DNA from: a virus
Length of the DNA stretch: 64,000 bases
Direction: 5' to 3' (one strand)
Virus record (IMG/VR): IMGVR_UViG_3300013102_000005
Coordinates: 29,778-93,777 of that record
In this document: positions 57,566 to 64,000 of the stretch, in pieces
How positions within the stretch are numbered: the stretch's first letter is position 1
Layout of the letters: the number at the start of each line of letters is the position of its first letter
Program-made: the position numbers and the translations under genes
Notes under the pieces: generated by a model
What the model saw: the letters and a program-made list of their open reading frames with translations, nothing else
The model's database searches: none
What the model was told of the DNA's origin: nothing

Positions 57566-58038
57566 TACGCCTTACCGACGTAGTGGTAGTACATGGTGCC
57601 GCTCCACATGGAGACCTGGGTGCGGTTCTCGATGTCGCGGTCCATCGGCTCGACACGCAGGAAGGCGAGCGTGATACGGGCGGTGTCGGAGGGGTTCTCG
57701 TAGGTGCCCCGGTAGACGCGAGCGTTGAAGCGGCCGCCCTGCTCGTTGATCTTGTGCAGCATCGCCTTGATGTGGCCGGCCTTGGTTTCCATCATGGTCA
57801 CCGCGCCTTCCTGGGCGATATTGATCTGGGCCGGCTGGTGGTGCTTGAGGCCCATCGGCATGGGCACCTCGACGTTGCCCTCCGGGGTCAGAACCGGCCA
57901 GGGAAACTGCTTGAACAGAAAGCGTTCTTGCTCATAGCCGTCGATGACCATGAAGGCGTCGGAGTTGATGTCCTTGTCACCCAGCGCCATGACGCTGTCG
58001 AGCGATTCGGAGAGATAGGATTCGTTGGAAACGGTCAT
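57565..58038 (-). CDS. Tail tube protein, P1 BplB-like
   Basis: Size and G.K...S.F...P.G.K.HQ...EG.V..MET..G.I pattern; own late promoter. Confidence 0.7.
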   Translation of the reverse strand: MTVSNESYLSESLDSVMALGDKDINSDAFMVIDGYEQERFLFKQFPWPVLTPEGNVEVPMPMGLKHHQPAQINIAQEGAVTMMETKAGHIKAMLHKINEQGGRFNARVYRGTYENPSDTARITLAFLRVEPMDRDIENRTQVSMWSGTMYYHYVGKA

Positions 58039-58067
58039 GCTGACCTCCCATGTAGGTTGATGCGCCT

Positions 58068-58111
58068 ATCATGGATGGGCCGATAAGCCGCAACGGGGCG
58101 ACCTTTCCGAA
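58068..58111 (-). promoter_or_regulatory. Putative late promoter (TTCGGAAA-N30-CATGAT)
   Basis: Motif and spacing conserved. Confidence 0.7.
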
Positions 58112-58118
58112 GCGAGTG

Positions 58119-58139
58119 AAAACCCCGCTTGCGCGGGGT
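58119..58139 (-). terminator. Rho-independent terminator
   Basis: ACCCCGC-GCAA-GCGGGGT-TTT on minus strand. Confidence 0.75.
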
Positions 58140-58147
58140 ATGGAGAA

Positions 58148-59287
58148 CTAGACGAACAGATAGGCAAGGTCCTGGCGATCCATCGCCGTGAGGGTGGCCA
58201 ACTGCACCTGCACTGGCAGATAGCACCAGTGTCCGCTGCTAACGCGCGGGGCGCTCAGCGGATGACTGACCGACTCGATCACCATCGGCGGCAGCGCCAG
58301 GCGGCCGTAGTACATGGACACCATGCTCGGGGCCAACGAGGGGAACAGCGCCTCGATCATCGTCGTACCGTCGCCGGTGGACTTGATGATGTTGGCCAGC
58401 GTGCCGTCCTCGGCCAGCTGCTGGGGAAGCGACCAACTCAGCAGCCGCTGGTATAGCTCCATCAGCTCGCCCTCTGGATCACCGATCGCCCGCAGGTGCA
58501 GGGTCATGCTGATCTTGATCGGCGGCATGCCGGAGAACACCTGGCGGCTGTTCAGCTTAGTGATGCCAGTCCGGCCTTCGAGCGCCTTGACGTTCTGTCG
58601 GGCCTTCTCTGCCGCCGCGTTGAGCTCGCTATCCGTGCTGCCTGCCAGGCCACTGACCTGCAAGGCATTGATGACGGTTGCGAACGAGCCGGTTTGCAGC
58701 ATGGCCAGCAGGGCAGGGGCCTTGCTCTCCGGGCCGGTGTGCTCGAACGGGGATTGCCAGTTGAACCCCATTTCCATGGAGTCGTCGGTGATGGGGCCGC
58801 TGACGAATCCTGTCTCCAGCATGTTGCCCTGGGCGTCGCAGGCATACAGACGTGCCAGCAGGCTTGGGTGCAGGTTGCCCCAGGTCTTCTTGGCGCGCTG
58901 GGTATCCAAGATACCGCCGGCGGCGCCGGCCAGCGTGCCTAGAAGGCTGCCGGAGTCGCCGATGGAGCCGATGATAGATCCCCCGATGTCGTCCAGCAGC
59001 CCCTCGCTGGCGCCGACCAGCGTCGTGCCCGCCAGGCCTACCGCATCGGAGACGCTCGATAGCGCGCCGCCGACCACCTTGCCGGCCGACTCCCCCAGTA
59101 CCGACGTGGCCAGAGAGGTGCCGCCTTCCACCACTGAACCGGCGAGTTCGTGGTAGCCGGAAGACACCCCGCCGACCAAGTCAGACGCCATGGAGCGGCC
59201 GTCACTCACGAGCGAGGAGGCGCCTTTGACCACGGTCTCGGCCCCGCTGGACAGCGCGGAACTGATCGAGCCAAAGACGCTGGCCAC
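58148..59287 (-). CDS. P1 PmgG-like tail protein with Gly/Ser-rich N-terminal extension
   Basis: WQSPF...LNSRQVFSGMPP...APRVSSGH. Confidence 0.7.
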   Translation of the reverse strand: MASVFGSISSALSSGAETVVKGASSLVSDGRSMASDLVGGVSSGYHELAGSVVEGGTSLATSVLGESAGKVVGGALSSVSDAVGLAGTTLVGASEGLLDDIGGSIIGSIGDSGSLLGTLAGAAGGILDTQRAKKTWGNLHPSLLARLYACDAQGNMLETGFVSGPITDDSMEMGFNWQSPFEHTGPESKAPALLAMLQTGSFATVINALQVSGLAGSTDSELNAAAEKARQNVKALEGRTGITKLNSRQVFSGMPPIKISMTLHLRAIGDPEGELMELYQRLLSWSLPQQLAEDGTLANIIKSTGDGTTMIEALFPSLAPSMVSMYYGRLALPPMVIESVSHPLSAPRVSSGHWCYLPVQVQLATLTAMDRQDLAYLFV

Positions 59288-59290
59288 GGC

Positions 59291-60151
59291 TTAGATACCC
59301 ATCCGCTGGCGGGCGCGCATCGAGCGAGCGCGGCGCGCCTTGGCCAGGGAGGTGCGGCTCTTGATCTGCATCTTGCGCACGGCGGTTTTCTGGGCGGCGT
59401 TGAGGATCACGGTGCCGGAAACGCGCTTGCGCACGCGGGTCTTCTTACCACCGCGCACCGCGAGCTTGACGCGATACACGGCGCTATCGAATGCCGCCTC
59501 GTCGCTGCCGTCGCCCATGACGAAGCTGACCGGATCGGCGCCGTCTTCCAGGCTGCCGGCGACCAACTCCACCACGCGGTCGGCCACGTCGTTGTCGTAG
59601 TCGTCGATCAGGCCGGTGATGTCGTCGTCCGACACGCCCAGGCTGGCCAGCACGTTGCCCACGGCATCGCCCAGGTCCATCAGATCGTCGGCAGCTTCGT
59701 CGCTGATGTCGCTGACGAACTCACCCTCGGGGAGGGCGCCGACCATCAGGGCCAGCAGGCGGTCAGCCATGCCTTCGCCCGGCTCAAGATCATCGGTCTC
59801 GACCCATTCCTGGACGATGGAGGATGCGGTGATGTCCAGGTCCGTATCGATCACGTCGTCCAGCTTGAAGCCGCTCGGCACGGCGTCGAGCTGTGCACCG
59901 GATGCCGGAGCAGTCTTGCCGGCGTCGCCAGGGCCTTCACCTGCGGTGTCCAGGGCGGCAGCGCCTTCGCCAGCACCTTCGCCGGCGGCGGCCGCAGCAG
60001 CAGCCTCCGCGTTGGCGGCGTCCAGTGCTGCCTGGCCTTCCTGGCCTGCGGCGGCTTGTTGCGCGCTATCCAGCTGGTTCTTGTCGGCGGCGGCTTTCGC
60101 CGCCTCCTGCTTGCGCCGCAAGTCGCGCAAGTAGCTCATTTGGTAACTCAT
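59291..60151 (-). CDS. P1 gp21-position protein; likely prohead core protein
   Basis: Acidic body and very basic C-terminus reminiscent of T4 gp68. Confidence 0.6.
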   Translation of the reverse strand: MSYQMSYLRDLRRKQEAAKAAADKNQLDSAQQAAAGQEGQAALDAANAEAAAAAAAGEGAGEGAAALDTAGEGPGDAGKTAPASGAQLDAVPSGFKLDDVIDTDLDITASSIVQEWVETDDLEPGEGMADRLLALMVGALPEGEFVSDISDEAADDLMDLGDAVGNVLASLGVSDDDITGLIDDYDNDVADRVVELVAGSLEDGADPVSFVMGDGSDEAAFDSAVYRVKLAVRGGKKTRVRKRVSGTVILNAAQKTAVRKMQIKSRTSLAKARRARSMRARQRMGI

Positions 60152-60163
60152 GGTGTTCTCCTA

Positions 60164-61783
60164 TTACCGGCTCAGGGTCTGGCCCACGGTGATGACGCGG
60201 GTGGTGCCCTCGTAGCTGCACGAATGGCGCTCGTCGATCTTCTGCTTGGGCTGGGCCGAGTTCGGCTTGATGGTGGCCATGTAGGCCGCGCCACCCATGT
60301 CGTCCGAAGGCACCAGCCAGCCGGCGGTCTGCAACGCCGGGAACAGAGCCTCGATGTAGCGGGTGGTCAGCCGGATCGCTTCGCTGATCGGCTTCTGGAG
60401 CGCTTCCTTGGTGAAGATGGCAATGGCCTCGTCCACCGCTGCCGACATCTCAGCCACCGCTGCTAGCTGCTTGTCACCGTTGCTCTTGGAGCAGGTCAGC
60501 GAATCGAGGAAGACGTACTTGGCGCCGGAGGCGTAGGTCTGGGAGATCACCGGATTGATCTTGGCCTTGGCCAGCTTCTCCAGGTCGGCGTCTTCCAGGT
60601 TCACCAGCTGACGCACGCCAGTGCGGCCGGTCAGCGGGAACATGGACCCGGCGACCGGGTAATGCTTGGGTGCCACGCCGTTGGCGTCGGTCTGGGCGTT
60701 GCGCTTGCAGCGCAGGCCGAGGTGGGCGCCGGAGGTGCCGATGATCGCCTTGCCACCGTTGAGCGGGTCGTCCGAGTTCAGCGGGGCCCACAGCGCCTGG
60801 GTGTAGTGGTTGTCCAGGCCCAGATTGGCCATGAAGGCAACGGCGCCGGTCAGGGACAGCTCGCCCGGCACGTCGAACACGAAGACCTTGTTCATCTTGG
60901 TGGCCAGGGCGTCGAGCTTGCTCAGCAGGGCGACGTTCTTGCTTCCACCAGCACCCAGGTAGCCGAACGACTGGTTCGCGTGGAACAGGCGGTTGAGCGC
61001 TGCGTCGTAGTCGGTCGCCGCGTAGGTGGTGCCGCCCTCGTTGAAGTAGCTCAGGGTCGCATAGACCCACTGATCGTTGCCGTTGGCGTCCTGGCCATAG
61101 ATGTTCGAGGTGGCCGGCACGGTGGTGCCCTTGACCGAGACCTCTACGAGATCCGTCTGGCTGGCGACGGTGGAGCCCAGGAAATAGGAGTTGCCCGACT
61201 GATCCTTGTCGGTGACCACCAGCGAGCCGGTGAAATCGTCGAACAGCAGCTCGCCGCTGACCACGTCGTAGAGGCGAACCTTGACCACCTTGGACGCGAC
61301 AGCGGCGCCGGTGTTGTCGGCGGCCTCGACGGCATGGATGCCGATCTTGACGCCATCGTTGAAGCATTCCAGGTGCCGGATGGCTACCAGGTAGTCCGCC
61401 GGCAAGGCGCTGGCGACGCTCCAGGTGACGGCCTTGCTGGTGGTATCCATGGTGGCGACCATGTAGCTCAGGGTGGCGGCGGCCGGCACGATGCGCGAGC
61501 AGACGACTTGGGCGGCGCCGTTGGCCAGCGCCTCATAGACGTGCACGTGCGCCTCGTTGAGCGCGCTCGCCAGGATGGAGGTAGCCTGGCCCAGGCTGCG
61601 CGAACGGTTGCTCGCAGTGACCGGGAACGCCCGGTCAATCGCCCCGCGATCGGCGCGCAGCGGGATGGCCACGACCTGATCGCTGTCCGAGGCGGTGCCG
61701 CGCTCGGAGGCGTCGGCGAGATAGAGCAGCTGCACGCCGGAGCGGTAGACCGGAGCGCTGCGCGAAAACGCGGTTTGAGTCAT
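60164..61783 (-). CDS. Tail sheath protein (P1 gp22-like)
   Basis: 539 aa; HYPVAG..FPL, LAKAKINPV, FLDSLT; follows capsid gene. Confidence 0.85.
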   Translation of the reverse strand: MTQTAFSRSAPVYRSGVQLLYLADASERGTASDSDQVVAIPLRADRGAIDRAFPVTASNRSRSLGQATSILASALNEAHVHVYEALANGAAQVVCSRIVPAAATLSYMVATMDTTSKAVTWSVASALPADYLVAIRHLECFNDGVKIGIHAVEAADNTGAAVASKVVKVRLYDVVSGELLFDDFTGSLVVTDKDQSGNSYFLGSTVASQTDLVEVSVKGTTVPATSNIYGQDANGNDQWVYATLSYFNEGGTTYAATDYDAALNRLFHANQSFGYLGAGGSKNVALLSKLDALATKMNKVFVFDVPGELSLTGAVAFMANLGLDNHYTQALWAPLNSDDPLNGGKAIIGTSGAHLGLRCKRNAQTDANGVAPKHYPVAGSMFPLTGRTGVRQLVNLEDADLEKLAKAKINPVISQTYASGAKYVFLDSLTCSKSNGDKQLAAVAEMSAAVDEAIAIFTKEALQKPISEAIRLTTRYIEALFPALQTAGWLVPSDDMGGAAYMATIKPNSAQPKQKIDERHSCSYEGTTRVITVGQTLSR

Positions 61784-61795
61784 TTCTGTGCCCCT

Positions 61796-62155
61796 TTAGG
61801 CGACGGAGATCGCGCCTATGGTGTCGCGCTGCAAGCGGTCACCTACGCCGATCATTCCGAAAATCAGGTCGTACAGCTGGCTCTCGCTGGAGCACTCGTG
61901 CTGTACCGTTGCGCCTTCGTCGATCACCCGGATGGGCTGTGCCTGGGCAAGCACCAGGGAGCCGCGCATGCGGTTCTCGACGTTAAGCGATACCGGGTAG
62001 GCCAAGCCGTCAGCAAAGCCGGCCAGCACCTGGGCGGCATCCATGCCCATGCCAAGCACCAGCGCAGCTGGAGCTGCGGCGGTCTTGGGCTTGTTTTTTT
62101 TGCTGCCGGTGGCCACCGTCTCGGTGGTGCCGGCGTCTACTGCGTCGTCGCTCAT
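61796..62155 (-). CDS. Hypothetical virion protein
   Basis: Between capsid and sheath. Confidence 0.55.
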   Translation of the reverse strand: MSDDAVDAGTTETVATGSKKNKPKTAAAPAALVLGMGMDAAQVLAGFADGLAYPVSLNVENRMRGSLVLAQAQPIRVIDEGATVQHECSSESQLYDLIFGMIGVGDRLQRDTIGAISVA

Positions 62156-62715
62156 GCAGGGCTCTCCCAGTGCAGACCTTCGTTCTTATCCCAGCGATGC
62201 AGGCGGGCCAGACTGGCGATGTCCTGCTCGCATTCAGCCTTGTGCAGCTCGCTGCCGAAGGTCACCGCGCGAGACTCGCCGGGCTGGAGCGAAACGCCCA
62301 AGCAGCGCACGATCTGGCGCGAAGGGGTGTGGTTGTTGAGGGTGGCTGTCAGGGGCAGGGCGGCCTGGGCATCGCCCTGGCCATCTTCGTCGCCCTGATC
62401 GCCAGCGCTCTCTTCGTCGTTGCCCCGGCCGCTGGTGGTGCCGTCGCCCTCGGGGCCGCCCTGGCCGCCGGTGGTGCCGTCGCCCTCGGTGCCGCCCTGG
62501 CCGTCGGTGGTGCCGTCGCCTTCGGTGCCGCCACCGCTCTGGGTCGTTACTTTCTCGTCTGCGCTTCCACCAGATGCGCCAGCGCCCGATTCACCATTGC
62601 TGGAGATCGGGTTGGCACCATCCTGGAGGGCGGCATCCGCAGCCTTGGCAGTCGCCGAGGCCTTGGATGCACGCGCCTTGGTAGAGGCAGACACGGGGGA
62701 TTTCCGCGTGCCCAT
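62152..62715 (-). CDS. Hypothetical virion protein with low-complexity repeat region
   Basis: Directly after capsid gene. Confidence 0.6.
   Translation of the reverse strand: MGTRKSPVSASTKARASKASATAKAADAALQDGANPISSNGESGAGASGGSADEKVTTQSGGGTEGDGTTDGQGGTEGDGTTGGQGGPEGDGTTSGRGNDEESAGDQGDEDGQGDAQAALPLTATLNNHTPSRQIVRCLGVSLQPGESRAVTFGSELHKAECEQDIASLARLHRWDKNEGLHWESPA
62434..62532. repeat. 36-bp tandem repeat, about 2.75 copies (GGTEGDGTTxGQ)
   Basis: Units start at 62434, 62470, 62506. Confidence 0.85.
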
Positions 62716-62725
62716 GCTCTACCCC

Positions 62726-64000
62726 TTACGCCGCAGCAGCGGTGCTGGTGGAGGAGTTCGCCGCCTTGAACATGTTCTTGACGGTGATCAGGGCGCAGCC
62801 CATCGCGGACGGCATATGCGGGTTCACCGAGGTGAAGTTCCGGGCGTAGAGCGCCTGGCCGAACTTCATGTCCTGGCCGAAGGCGGTCGGGAGCACGGTG
62901 ACCGGTACGGCGTCGCCCATGACGAAGCTGTTACGCGCCGGGCTGTTGGAGCGGCCGTAGCAGAGGATCTGAGCGGTGCCGGCGGCTTCGTCTTCCAGCA
63001 CTTCCCACGGGGTGTAGTACACCTCGTAGCGACCGAACAGGCGGCCGACGCGGTAGATACCGGGGATCTCGGTCAGGCCCGACTTCTCGAACAGGTCCGA
63101 GGGCAGGGCTTCCCACTGCGCCTTGACGGTCTTCGGGATGTAGAGGTGGGTCACCCCGCGATCCATGGTGAGCTCGGCCATCTTCTGGCTGACCTTGCCG
63201 AGGATGGCGGAGAAATCCTGCCAGACCTGGGCGCGGGTCTTCTGCTGCATCTGGCCTGCGTAGTCGAAATCGAACTCGTCGGTGTTGGCCGCAGCCAGGC
63301 GAACCGCCTTCACGAGGATGGAGCGGTGACGCTCGACGGTGATCTGGTTGCGAGCAGCCACCAGCGACTCGGCTTGCAGGTCCATGCCGATCTCGTTCTG
63401 GGCCTGGGTCTTGGAGTCGATGGTCTGGTCCAGCAGGCCACGCCAGGGCTTGGCGTAGAGGGTGTAGGTCTGGACCTGGGTTGCGATGCGCGGCGCCAGG
63501 GTAGGCTGCTTCTCGAAGTCGATATAGCCCTCGGCATGCACCACAGTGCCGGCCGGCAGGGCGGGGCTGAATGCCAGCGATACGGCGCCGGTGTCCGGGG
63601 TCACGGTGCCGCTGATGGTGTAGGTGGTGCCGGCCAGAATGGCCAGACCGGACAGCGGCAGGGTGGTGGCCGAAGCGTTGGCGTTCGGGTTTTCCTCAGC
63701 GACCGGGAAGCCGTTGACGTAGACCTGGGTACGGCCGCGCAGCAGCTTAACCTGGCTGTTTCCGTCCAGAGTAATACCACCCGTTGCAGTCGCTCGGTCG
63801 GTCGCCAGGGTGAGCTTTACCGTCCGCTCGGAAGACAAGAAGGTGTCGCCGATGTGGGTGCCGTCGAGCAGGTCGCCCACGTCGTAGCCGCCGACCTTGC
63901 TGGCGGCCTGGTGGCTGACGATGCCCAGGCGGGCCTCGTTCGAACCGATGCCGGTGGGCAGGTAGGTGGCGCCGGGGAAGGCCTCGGCTACAGCGCTCAG
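62726..64000 (-). CDS. Major capsid protein (P1 gp23-like), 5' end outside window
   Basis: Frame open to window edge; VKLLRGRT.VYVNG, DFEK.P, YRVGRLFG...YYTP. Confidence 0.88.
   Translation of the reverse strand: MSAVAEAFPGATYLPTGIGSNEARLGIVSHQAASKVGGYDVGDLLDGTHIGDTFLSSERTVKLTLATDRATATGGITLDGNSQVKLLRGRTQVYVNGFPVAEENPNANASATTLPLSGLAILAGTTYTISGTVTPDTGAVSLAFSPALPAGTVVHAEGYIDFEKQPTLAPRIATQVQTYTLYAKPWRGLLDQTIDSKTQAQNEIGMDLQAESLVAARNQITVERHRSILVKAVRLAAANTDEFDFDYAGQMQQKTRAQVWQDFSAILGKVSQKMAELTMDRGVTHLYIPKTVKAQWEALPSDLFEKSGLTEIPGIYRVGRLFGRYEVYYTPWEVLEDEAAGTAQILCYGRSNSPARNSFVMGDAVPVTVLPTAFGQDMKFGQALYARNFTSVNPHMPSAMGCALITVKNMFKAANSSTSTAAAA

Noticed and set aside
62434-62532. 36-bp repeats as a CRISPR or guide array
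   Set aside because: Head-to-tail with no spacers, in frame in a low-complexity protein; no cas genes

Overview
The whole 64 kb window is part of a GC-rich P1-like phage-plasmid (contractile-tailed temperate phage with a plasmid replicon); the host is probably Pseudomonas-like (inference from composition and gene families). All family assignments come from motif recognition by eye, not database searches. Contents: (i) P1-type virion genes at both ends (major capsid, sheath, tube, PmgG/Tub-like, baseplate, large terminase), with the small terminase displaced 22 kb away; (ii) a holin/transglycosylase/spanin lysis block; (iii) a plasmid module (Rep_3 initiator with 22-bp-phased iterons and a DnaA box, type Ib ParA plus RHH partner with three ATGACGTCA centromere arrays, tyrosine recombinase); (iv) a lambdoid early region (Bet/Exo/SSB/RdgC/C5-methylase divergent from Cro-like, O/P-like, Ref, PAPS reductase, dUTPase); (v) long leftward accessory operons with RtcB, an SNF2 helicase, ASCH and ParB-like genes, plus low-GC morons. 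The most notable unannotated signals are a late-promoter grammar ([T/A]T[C/G]GGAAA exactly 30 nt upstream of a -10 hexamer, 7 copies, all at late genes or pointing out of the window), a dispersed TAKCR-NN-YGMTA operator regulon, and a structured-RNA island at 28.1-30.0 kb. That island holds a D-arm-truncated tRNA(CAT), a CCA-ended tRNA-shaped RNA and three homologous processing hairpins around a tandem RNA-polymerase alpha-CTD-like gene.
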